From Amoebophrya sp. A120 (lineage: Eukaryota; Protista; Dinoflagellata), in the NCBI GenBank assembly GCA_905178155.1, contig CAJINV010000003.1, positions 10,611,890-10,675,889 of the forward strand: a stretch of DNA of 64,000 nt. Reading direction: 5' to 3'. Each line of letters starts with the position of its first letter. The first letter of the stretch is position 1. The notes below the pieces were generated by a model that saw only the letters and a list, made by a program, of their open reading frames with translations, was not told the origin of the DNA and did not search any database. This document shows, in pieces, positions 1 to 10,455 of this stretch. The translations under genes and the position numbers were made by a program.

Positions 1-913
1 CTTCATTTTTGTTCCTTCTCATGAGCATCGTGATTTGCATGAGACCTCATTTTGAATCATCATCGTAGCATCGTGATTTACATCGTGATTTCAATTTAGT
101 CAATTCAGATCGGGATGCTTGTCAAGAACAAATTCTTGATCATGCTCACAGCCACCTTGTTCAGAAACGCTCAATATTCAATAATTGAATCCTTGATGAG
201 CCAGTATGACCTACAGCAGCACGTGCACAACCGAACAAATTCAGCACGCGTAAAGGAATGCGGTTCACGTTCACTACAGCAAAGCAGTCAACAAGGAAGA
301 CAAAAAAGCTGCAAATTATAAAGCTAAGTGTTAGAAGACGCGCAGAATCAGATCAATCATAGCGGCCTAGTAGTGAGGTCCCACCTCGGTGGACTGGAAA
401 AAGAAATGATCAGTTTTTCTCGGATTAAGTAGTATAAAGACGAAGCGCAAAAAAAAATGGCGGCGCATGGGCATGGCGCACCTGCACCAGGCACGCTCTG
501 TTGCAGCTCGCTGGTTGCTGGTAGTAGCGCCAGATATTCAAAAACGGAGAAGTCAACAAGAAAATGAGCAACTTCAAGATCCTTCCGAGCCATTGCCATA
601 ATATGTACATGATGATAATGCAATACGTTAATGCTGGAGATCGTGGTTGGCTCTGCAATAAAAGCAAGGTCAACACTCACAAAATTCATCTCGATCGATT
701 TCCTAAACTTTTCGTAATTGTATTTCAGTGGCAGAACAAAGACGACTAAAAACTAACAGCCAAGACCTGAGTTTGGGCTTTTGTTTTTGAAAGTTTATAG
801 ATTGCTTTGCAGCGTCAAAATTAGTGTACACAGCTTTACGATCGTATCTGCTCAGTTAATATCTGGTTGTCCTCGGTGTATTTGTTACCAAAACCAGCAA
901 CCCGTTTGCAATC

Positions 914-2895
914 ATGAGGGGAATGAAGTCTGCAGGTTCGGGTGGAAGAGGACATGGACCAAAAGCGAATGCCAAAGCGGGCGAAGGCATGAAACGCCGA
1001 GGCAAGGGAGGAGGAGGAAAGAAGCCGAAGGGTCGCGCTGTGTCCAAAGCGGATCTGAAAAATCAAGCTCCTGCCACACGTCATGGGCGCCGTGGACAGC
1101 ATCAATATGGAGGGCAAACGAGTGATCTTCCCGGCTGCTAGAAAAAGGCAGCCGGTCGCGCGGATTCGCCTATAGTGAAGTAGATATCTTTTTGTGATCT
1201 AAGACACCGACCAAAAATCACTCTAGTCCGCATGATGCAATCAGTGATTTTCTATTTTGGTGTTTTTTTTGCATGCAAATCCGCCCTGCCCTTAGCTTTC
1301 CAACATACATGACAAGTAGCAAATCCGTACTACAAGCTCCGATTTTTCTTAGGGGTGGCAGCAGTGCCTAAGATCACTCAGTTGCCCTCTATAACCAATC
1401 TCGTAGCACGAAAGGAGTAAAGACCGTTCCCAAACTGTCCGGGAAGAAAGCAGCTCGGATCAACCAGGCGCCGACGAAAAAAGAAATGAAAAGCGAAATA
1501 ATCTTCGACGAGCGGACGCTCGAACTACCCGACGCCGACAAGTTGCGTCTCAACAACCCTCATGCATTGACAAGGGGCAAAAGAGCAACAAAAAAGGCAG
1601 TAAAACAGCAGGAGCATGGTCCCGAGCACGACACAATGAACGCTGGAGACAAAAAGAGGAAGAAGAAAGCTGAAAATGGCGACGGCGCAGAGCTAGAGAG
1701 TGAAGTTTTGCACTTCGACGCCTCTGCACTAATGTACCAGGAACAGGAAAAAGGCGCTTCTAGAGACGCACATGAAAAGTGTAACAGCACGAACAGCGCT
1801 GCACTGATCAACTTTCAAATCGACGACCAGAAGCAGGTATCTTTGCCGAGTTCGTTTTTTCTGCCGCCAGAAGCATTTGCCTTATTGCACGGAGGGCCAG
1901 CCTCAGCAAGAAGACATGATGGTCGGGAAGTTCTTGTCGTCCCTCCTGCCGCAGACAAAAAGAGCAATAACTTTGACCCGGTGGTGGGTGTTGTATCTTC
2001 AAAAAGGAGCAGAAGAAGCGGCGACGGCGAAGTCAGCGAAAATCAAGTCCGAACTGACGCCATTGGGGGCACGAGTGATCCTCGCCTTTGGTCTGCGCCA
2101 GAAAAAAATGAAGATCATGAGCACGCGACGACCGCCGAGGGCTGGGCCCAAAGCGCAGGTGGTGCGAGGCGCAAAGCTGAGACAGGTACCGGAGAGAGTG
2201 ACCCAACTTCGGCGGCGTGTTCTTTCGCTAAAAATGATTCGAAAGACGCGGACAATGACGAGAAAGTCAGGACTAAAAGTGGCCGCCTTCAGCAGCATGC
2301 AGCAAAAAAACCAAAGCTTGCCGGGCGCGAACTTCGAGAGGCGATTAAGCGCCGGCGCGCTGAACAGGCAAGCGCATTGTTGCCGGAGAATCGGTCCGCT
2401 ACCATTGCACTTGATGGTGCAGTAAAACATGAACATGATGAGGGGACGAAGCCCTCCTCCTCTTCCCGTTCCGCGACCGCTTGCACGGGCCACGAAGTCA
2501 GTGATGGACAGAGCAAGAAGAAAGAAGAAACAGGTAGAGCAAAGCACCGGAGGCAATCAGAAAATTTGCCACGGATGAGGCAGCGACGCGATGGCTCCAA
2601 GAAGGTCGGTGTGCTCGGCGGGAGCCACGATCATAGTGCAGCAAAGCCGAAATTTGGGGAACAGGCCGAGCAGCCGCCGCGAATGGATGCGAAACTTGCT
2701 AAAGCAATGAACCGGATGAAGTCTCGAGCAGCAGCAAACAAAGCCGAGGCTCCTCAAGCCCAAGAAATAAAACGAATTGAACATGGCGAAACTGCAGGGG
2801 AGCAGACGGCGGGGGGACCTTTTACGCACGACGCTTCGCGACCGCAGATGAAAGCACGCCGCAAAGAAAAGCAGCTTCTCGCATCGCTGTGCTAG
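914..2895 (+). CDS. Lys/Arg/Gly-rich low-complexity, probably nuclear/nucleolar protein; 2 exons (914-1121, 1382-2895)
   Basis: ORFs 914-1141 and 1486-2895 are joined in frame by GT-AG intron 1122-1381 (260 nt), giving ...GGQT-IALYNQSRSTKGVK... NLS-like basic clusters; no recognisable domain. Confidence 0.7.
1120..1379. mobile_element. Introner-like element forming intron 1 of the first gene
   Basis: 10-bp perfect inverted repeat GAGTGATCTT (1120-1129) / AAGATCACTC (1370-1379) at the intron ends; AGT direct repeat at both junctions. Confidence 0.6.
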
Positions 2896-3915
2896 TAGAT
2901 GCGGCGTATTTCGATGTGAACAAGATGGTTGCGACTCTAGCTATTGCGTTTGAGTTTGCGCTTAGTTGTGATCCTGATCGCCTACAGCTTTTACTTACAC
3001 AGGCAACGCTCCGCCATGTTGTGCAGCGTATTTTTTACGTGCTCGCTTCACAACTTCTAGAGCGAGTAACGAAGCAGACTTCTTGTCGTGCATTTCAGAG
3101 TAGCGCAGCGCATTCGTCGCATGCGTTGTTGGTTTCCTTGATAGAGCTCTCTGATTATTCGTTGTTCAACATAAACAAGGATGATTTTTCTACTTGGAAC
3201 ATAATTTTACATGAAGGCAAAAGACTTCTGTCCCGGTCCCTTTCTTTTCCCTGAATGGGTGGAAATTACAGGCGAAGGCGTCGAGGTCGACCTTCGTCGT
3301 GGAGCTATCTGCTACAGTGTGCGTTACGTTTTGCACATTCCAAATGATCAAAGAAGAAGAGCACGCGCCTTACCCTCACCCTAGTTACTTGTGTTTTTTT
3401 TTTCTCGGAATCTGCAGCTACTTCGTGTGGAGATTTTCCTTCATCTGCTTCCTGCTGGGAAATCGATTGCACGTTGCAACAAGTCTCGAACCCGAAGCAA
3501 ATAGAAATTGGTATACATCACATTGCTTCAACATCTGCTAGCTTGGGCTTCGAGACTAGTAGGGCTAGAAGACAAAGCAGAAGCCGAAGCAAAGATAATG
3601 CAATCGATGCGCAGCAGCTGCAGCTCCAGCTGCAGCATCTGGTGAAATGTAGTCAATTATAGAACCAACGGTGAGCAATTTTTCTATCATGATACAGCCC
3701 TCACAGTAACACCTTTTTCACCCTGCTACTCGAAAAAAAAACCATTCGAATGTTTCTATTTGCATAGTAGACGTATTGGTGTTACTATCCGCGTTGGCTT
3801 CAACTACTTTATTCATCACCTTTGTTATTTGAATTTGAGAATTTTCTACGTTCTTCTCGCGAGGTAATCTAAATAGGTTTAGCTTTCGTCTGTAATAAAG
3901 CAGAAGCCGTTGAAG

Positions 3916-5253
3916 ATGATGCTGATGCCTGGTGAGCAGCAGCGCGGAGTGCTGCCGCAAGGACGCTTCCAAAGCCCAAGTGCCGTTTCAAGTAACAAGC
4001 TATCTGCGGTTGGTTCGGCCGTGATGGCCGAGGTCAAGATGGCACAGATGCAATTTCAGAAGGTATTCGGAGGAAGAACGACCTAGTACCCACCCCGACC
4101 CCATATTTCTTGTTGCGTAAAAATTTGTCCTCTGTCCAGATAAACTACAATGCAGTGGATCTAAAAATGCCTGCACATACACACGCGACCAGCTAATCAT
4201 TGCAACCATGATGCTGACCCGAAGAAACTTGTACAATATCACGCACAGCTGCAGCTCCCAGAGCTCCTGGTAGACGATTTGTGTAATTTTTGTACGCAGG
4301 AGATTTTCGTTTCCACCTGCATCTTGGCTTATACCTGCGGAAGGGTTCCTGGTCGTGGAGGCGGGCGTGGTTTTCCTTTTCTCTGGGATAGAATGTCCAA
4401 GATCTCTGCTGGGAACGCTGCATGTCGAGCTCAGTATCTTCACACGATTGTAGCGCTCCGTCGACTCCAGAAGCAGAAACACGAGGGACATCGCTGCTTC
4501 TTGGCGGGTATGGAGCAGGATTGCAAAACGTATTATCGCACTGGCTTGGATGGGATATTTGTCTTTTTCGTGATGATGACCAGCCGAAAAATATATAAAA
4601 TAATTAGATGTCCTGTGAAACAAGAACAAGAAGTATACCGCGCAACACAAAAGCACTTCAATTGTACGACGATGCAGAAGTGCGCCGAGTCAAGTGCGAT
4701 GCCATTTTTGCACAGGATATTACGCTCAGTATGGCGGAGACGAGCTGCGTGAATAACTGCGTGTCCAAATTTTACCAAGTTGCACATGCAATCGCTTACG
4801 AGTCCGCCGAACAGGCCAAGAAACTGAACGAGTGGGGTCCTTTAGCCAGGTGGACGCTGACGTTGCTCACTATTCCATGACAACTAACCATTCCCATCCA
4901 ATTTGTCATACAAAACATGGAGCTGGCGAGGGGTCGCGTCGCGTCGCGTCGGCTTTTCGTTTTGGCTTGCAGAAAGTGAATGGGTGTGGGGTGGGATGGT
5001 TAATTTTCAGAGAATGCTATCCGTCGGTGGCTGTGCAGGGTTAGCCTACTACTTGTTTATCGTACCTGAAGACGATGCTTCAGTGGAAGCAGCGAACCCG
5101 CAAGGAGCCCGTGCATTTGCAGCGGGCGGGCGGACCAATCTTCTCGGAGGGGGTGCGTCCCAGTCCCTTACCGGCCGTTATGGGTGGAGGAGTGGAGCGG
5201 GTACGGGCACAACAGCAGCCGGCGGATGGAAGTCGCAATTCAATAATTTGTGA
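3916..5253 (+). CDS. Mitochondrial small Tim chaperone (Tim8/9/10/13 family, twin CX3C) with C-terminal hydrophobic segment; exons ~3916-4062, 4392-4433, 4716-4870, 5022-5253
   Basis: Manual splicing yields AEVKMAQMQFQK-NVQDLCWERC-MSSSDITLSMAETS-CVNNCVSKFYQVAH, i.e. CX3C-X14-CX3C. Introns 4063-4391 and 4434-4715 are GT-AG and in frame. The third intron is a TIR element whose removal gives RWTLTLL(T/S)VGGCAGLAYYLFIV. Confidence 0.75.
4064..4390. mobile_element. TA-ended introner (intron 1 of small Tim gene)
   Basis: Starts TATTCGGAGGAAG, ends CTCTGGGATA (degenerate TIR). Flanks GAAGG/GAATG (4/5 TSD). G|TA..TA|G creates GT-AG intron 4063-4391. Confidence 0.55.
4522..4712. mobile_element. TG...CA TIR element with 6-bp TSD (CAGGAT) inserted at a 3' splice site
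   Basis: Left TGCAAAACGTATTATCGCACTGGCTTGG vs reverse complement of right end TGCAAAAATGGCATCGCACTTGACTCGG; CAGGAT at 4516-4521 and 4713-4718. Confidence 0.65.
4871..5016. mobile_element. Introner family A copy 1
   Basis: TIRs TATTCCATGACAACTAACCAT and ATGGTTAATTTTCAGAGAATG match the TIRs at 15182/15373 at 18/21 and 19/21; shared internal CCAATTTGTCA. Flanks CTCAC/CTATC. Removing 151 nt restores the frame. Confidence 0.8.
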
Positions 5254-5748
5254 CAAGCTAATGTCAATCTCCCTACTCATGTTTCATCTTAAAAGCGTAA
5301 GGTAAAGCTGCTAGGATTATGCTCTACCTAAAGGGGTTGGTAGTACTATTGGTTGCGTAAAGATGCACCGTGTGCGTAATCATCATAGTTTTGTCTTCCT
5401 CGTTTTGCGCGCGACACGATGATCAGCCTCAGATATCATAATCCACGTCTACCGACACCCACTCCCACGCGGTCGTGGCCTATATACGACAAACGACAGT
5501 CGATCTTTCAGTTCTTTTGTCTGTGCAACCTCATCTTCATCATCGAGAACAAACCATGACGTCAATGATCCCTGCATGCCGGCATTGGGATGAGGTGTGA
5601 GGCAAGCATACCGCGGTGTTTTTGATGTTGTATGCTGAGCGTCGCTCCTCCTTTGAGAGCTCTTCTTCGATTCTTCGTCGACAGAGGATATGCAGAAAAG
5701 CTGCAATGTTTTTTTTTATATTTGCATTTATATAACTATATACATCTT

Positions 5749-5901
5749 GGAAGTGGGTGAGGTTTTCCGTTTTCGTTTTGGTCTGTACGAGAACAAGCGG
5801 GAAGTGGGTGAAGTTTTCCGTTTTCGTTTTGGTCTGTACGAGAACAAGCGGGAAGTGGGTGAAGTTTTCCGTTTTCGTTTTGGTCTGTACGAGAACAAGC
5901 G
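5749..5901. repeat. Tandem repeat, 3 x 51 bp
   Basis: Unit GGAAGTGGGTGA(G/A)GTTTTCCGTTTTCGTTTTGGTCTGTACGAGAACAAGCG at 5749, 5800 and 5851, head-to-tail with no spacers. Confidence 0.95.
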
Positions 5902-7098
5902 CCTCCATCTGATTTCCCATCGGCTGTCGCATCTAGCTTCACGGATGGGGATGTCTGCAGGCCAAAACTTTTCCGTTGAAATATTTTTTCGTTTCCAGCC
6001 TCACGGTCACGACATAAACTTCATTGTCGCGGCGGCGTTTAGTGCAATTCCATGCACTGGTAATATCATGGCTTGGGGAAGATCTCGTACTTGATATAGA
6101 AATGCCAGAAACCGATGAAAGGGAAACAATAACAAAGTGCGAACGTTAACGACTTATTCAGGGATTGCAGTAACTTATGCGAGATTCGTGCATGTGATGC
6201 AATGCAGAAGCTGTCGTCTTTATCGTGCATGTCATGCAGTTATACAAAAAAGAAATATGGCGCCCTTTGTCATGTGTTACTGCATGCCAAACCCAAGTTC
6301 TGTTAGCGTTACTTAGCACTTTTTTGTCCGATCATGAATGATCATCCTGTAGTCTGGATAGAGACTTCCTGCGCAAGCGGATCATTAGTCCTCCAATCGG
6401 TATTGTCATGAGCATGTTCTTGCGCGATCATTATATGTCAAAGATTAAGATCTCGATGTCGTTGTCGATCTCGAAGAACCGTATGAGAATCAAGACCGAG
6501 AATCTCTATATATTTATTTCCTCCTGCGTTCATTCACAAGAAGAAGGGCTCGATGTCTCCATGCAACATGATGGGATCTGCAAAGTGTGTGACAATCAAA
6601 AACAGATCGTGACATCCCTTGCAGTGCGTGTTGAGCATGACAATTATCCTTAAAAACAGATGGATCATGGCAATCGTCCTTCAGAAAAAAATATCCCTCA
6701 AGATCATGACAATCCTTGTTGTGTGTGCGCGTACTCAACGCAAGTACAGAAGTCCTATGAATGTTCTGCTCAATAGATATTTCACGCAGGACCTTCGTTC
6801 AACATCGGACCCGAAATACCTAGAAATGAGGTCGCACCTTCTTGCCAATCCCAGCCAAGTTTTTCCTACTACGAATTTGTTTCCCCTTTATCGGAACGAC
6901 ACGAGCGGCGCTTTTTTTCTTTTTTTATTCCTGGTAGACACACTATAACTTGAGGCTCCGCATGTTGTTAATTTTTAGGTGCGCCAAATTCGTTGTGTTT
7001 AAAACTTGTTTGGTGTTGCGTAAGCGTAATAGATGACTCGTCAGAGTAGAAAAATTATTTTGTAGGTCGAGTGCGTGGAGGTGGAAACGTAAAGCAAT

Positions 7099-9212
7099 AT
7101 GGTGGACTATTCCAAGTGGAGCCGAATGGAGATCTCCGACTCCGAATCGGAACACGACGATAGCGACTGTGATTTTGACCCACAAGACGAGCATCAGACC
7201 TCCATGCTTCATCAGTTGCAAAACGAGCACGCGAGGACAAACAAACGCTCCGGCGAGGATTCTGCACTTCGGCCCAAGGTGACTCGATTCGATGCAGAAC
7301 AACGAGTGACATTCGGTGAGGGCCAACCAGTTCGGGTCGAGCCGGGAGGTAGGTACGTGCCTCCTGCTGATTTTTCTACTTCTTCGCCTTCGTCTGGCGC
7401 AAAAATGCCTCACCGCACCACTACCGCGTGCAGGACGAACAGCACAGAGGCTAGCGCAGCTACAGCGTTATCTTGTGGAACAACATCAACATCGGACAAG
7501 TATGAGGCACGCAGTAACGTTGTGAGCGACGAGCAGAAGGCAGTTCTGGCCCTGGCTTCTTCTGGCAGCGGAGCAGCTGCCACGTCGACGGCGCAGCACC
7601 CCGCACGAACCGCGTACGATTGGAATCAGGCACTTGCATCTGACTGGACGCGGAACGGGGGCTACTGTGCGGACTCGAATCCTCCGTATTACTGGAGTCA
7701 AAACCAGCGGGAGGTGTTTATGACTTTCTCAAACGTTGTGGCATGGACATCCCTTAAATGGTTTGCGGCTGATTTTTTGTTCTTGCATTCTTGAGCGGGT
7801 CCTCTTCGAAACAAGCCTGATATCGCAAACAAGCATGACCATCATTATCATGTCGATCTCGATGTTGAACCCATGGATTCTTGTGTGTGGCAAATCAACG
7901 AAATCAAGAAAAATCCATGCAGGGGGTGTCAATGGAACCACGTTTGGAAATGCTATACCGTTTGTCCGGTTCCAATGTAGTTCCAGTTGTGTTGTACACG
8001 AAAAGTTGCGTCCGCAGTTTGAGAAATTTGGGCCGCGACAGGTGCAGATACGGCCGCTAATGCTCGAGCCCTTCCAATGGACGTACGAAGTTGACGCCGC
8101 GGCGACCACGGAAGAAGAAGACATAGACTGGGAGTTCGAAAACGGCACTGGAAGACCGAATCAAGGAATGCTCAATGTCCGTTACTTGAAACTGACGGTA
8201 GTATTTTTGTTTGTTTCTCCGTGTTTTTCAAGAGGATGTAGTTTACATTATTTTTTCATCGAGCAGTCGTATCGCTGCAGTGCATAGGATGGTGACGCAC
8301 CATCATCCCCGACGGCTAATTTGTGTGTGACACGCCTTCGTCTGCACCAGTTGTCGGAGCACTGGCGACACGATGATGATGAAGGTGTGTTGTCTGTACC
8401 AGCATGGAAAAATTTACTTGAGAGAGGTGCTATATGGTCTATATTGATTCTTCGAATCGCGGCGGGGCGAGGTTGTATCTCTGGCTCTGAAGAGAAGGTC
8501 GCTGAATCTCAAGCGAGCCGTCGCGTCAAATGAGTCCATTATTGGTTTGCTACCGGGTGACGGCTCGGGTCTCTGTCTCCGAATACTTATCCACAGCACA
8601 TCATCAAAAGATGCTACACAACACCTCCTAGTAGTTGCTACTAGCGTTGTAAGCACCACAATAAAAGAAGACGATGAGAGTGACGTGGAGGTGCAGAAGT
8701 AGTGGGGCAGTACTTACCCTTACCGAGCTGCGTGGTCATGATCTACGCGGCAAGGTGTTCAGAATTTGATCTAGAAGTAAATCAAGATAACAGAGCTACG
8801 TGATAAATAGGTAGCAGCGTACTTATAGTGAGCTGCTGTCACATGAAGGACAAGGTGGTGGATGTGCAACTCTCACTCAATATTCTGGACTACACAGGTT
8901 GTGAAAAAGTCGATGATTACGGGAACCGTCCTCTGGTGGCGCGCGGCCTTTAAAGGACACCCGGAGATGCAGCCAGAGCAGATTCAGGATAGGTCAAAAA
9001 GAAACATCGAACGACAGAAGGAGTTTTACAACCGGATGCTGGAAGCGACCGAGCTTTTCAAGCAGAAAGTTCGCAAAGACAATGGCGCCGCGATACTGCC
9101 CGTGGAAGAAAAGGGGCTGCTAGGGGTTGCACAGCAGTCGGTTGATGGCGAAGCCGTGATGTGCCCACCCGCGACTGTCTCCGCACCGACCGAGGGCGCA
9201 GGACCGCACTAG
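7099..9212 (+). CDS. CS (p23/NudC-like) domain co-chaperone; exons ~7099-7713, 8042-8197, 8898-9212
   Basis: N-terminal MVDYSKW motif; CS-domain signatures YYWSQNQREV, DIDWEFE, YLKLT-VVKK...LWWRAAFKGHPE. In-frame GT-AG introns 7714-8041 and 8198-8897. Confidence 0.8.
7717..8039. mobile_element. Introner-like element with 5-bp TSD AGGTG
   Basis: AGGTG at 7712-7716 and 8040-8044; subterminal 10-bp IR TTTCTCAAAC (7725) / GTTTGAGAAA (8017). The TSD itself supplies AG|GT, so excision is precise. Confidence 0.55.
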
Positions 9213-10455
9213 ATAATTTGATGAAACCTCTTTCCGATGACGCGCTTTCCTACAACGACCCCGAGCACTTGACCAGAAACCCACTTCTCAGCCGCTCTGA
9301 TGCTCTGCCGAAGCTGCGACCGTGCGCGCGCCTGCTTGTCACTCTTCAGCGCGGCAAAGGGGAAGCCTCCGACTTCTCAAGAAGAGAACACGTAGCGGCA
9401 ACACCTCTGCTCTATGTAGTGACCCTGCAAGACCAAGAACAAAGCGACCGCATTGCTTTTTATCTACCTCAGGCCCCCCCCCGAGACGGGAAGTGGAACT
9501 CGCACTCATCGTGAACTACGCGCAGCCGGCACGTCGTTCGATGAGCATGAATGGGGCTCTAACCCAAGATCGACTTTGTCATCTAAATCAGTTTCCCTGT
9601 CGCGCTGCCGGTTCTAGGAAGATCACGGCGTCTGCTCGGCAGGACGTCGTGCAGGCCCTGTCCATTCGGAATGACTGATAGAAGCACTCAAATTCGTCTC
9701 TTCAACAGCTCCACAAAGATTTTCGCATGAATAGAAATTGTTCGTTGTCATGTCATTGAGTTCTGAAGATCATCATGATTACCATCTCATCATCTGAGTG
9801 CAGTCCCGTGTTCAGCTGCTACTGCTCTGAGCTGCTCGAGAAGATGCAAAGTCGGTACATTGTGGATACTAGTCGTAAGAGAAGATGAAGATACAAGAAG
9901 AACCAAACTGTGGTACCCAGCAAACCGGCTTCTATGTTCGTGGAAGGCTTCAGTATTGGAATGATCGTCGATGGATCTGTGTTGCAGAACTGGAAAGAAA
10001 AAAGTGTGGAAGTGTCCGACTTCAACATGAACAGTAGATTTACCACAAACATCAATGTTGTACTTGTATTGTCTTTGTCGAAGATTCATTTCTCACCCAT
10101 GTCCTCGTTGGTGTAGGTGTTGTCCCACACAATCTATCATGGCTCAATTCCATCGGTTTTATTTGTTCTGAATTTGCTCACTTTAATAAAGATAAAGGTT
10201 TCATTTTCCTCAGATTCTCGTGGCATTTCATGCTAGTACCAAATCAACATGTACATGATGCAGTTGCAACTCTTTTACTAGCGATAGTGTTTGTGTTAGT
10301 GTAATATTACCAGTATCGTAGACCTGGAGAACAGGTGTTGGTAGTTATGGTTCTTATTGGGTGAAGATGTCTGGCTTGATAAATAGTGGGTCAGAAGTCC
10401 TCATGACAACGCCTAGACCTGAATAAGCATTCAAGAAAGTATAAGAAGAACAGAA

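Noticed and set aside
1126-1447. Alternative IR TCTTCCCGG/CCGGGAAGA as intron boundary
   Set aside because: 1382-1447 reads as plausible coding sequence, and the 1120/1379 IR gives an in-frame GT-AG intron.
5749-5901. CRISPR-like array or repeat-encoded peptide (EVGEVFRFRFGLYENKR)
   Set aside because: Units are contiguous with no unique spacers, the context is eukaryotic with no cas genes, and the ORFs merely reflect the 51-bp period.
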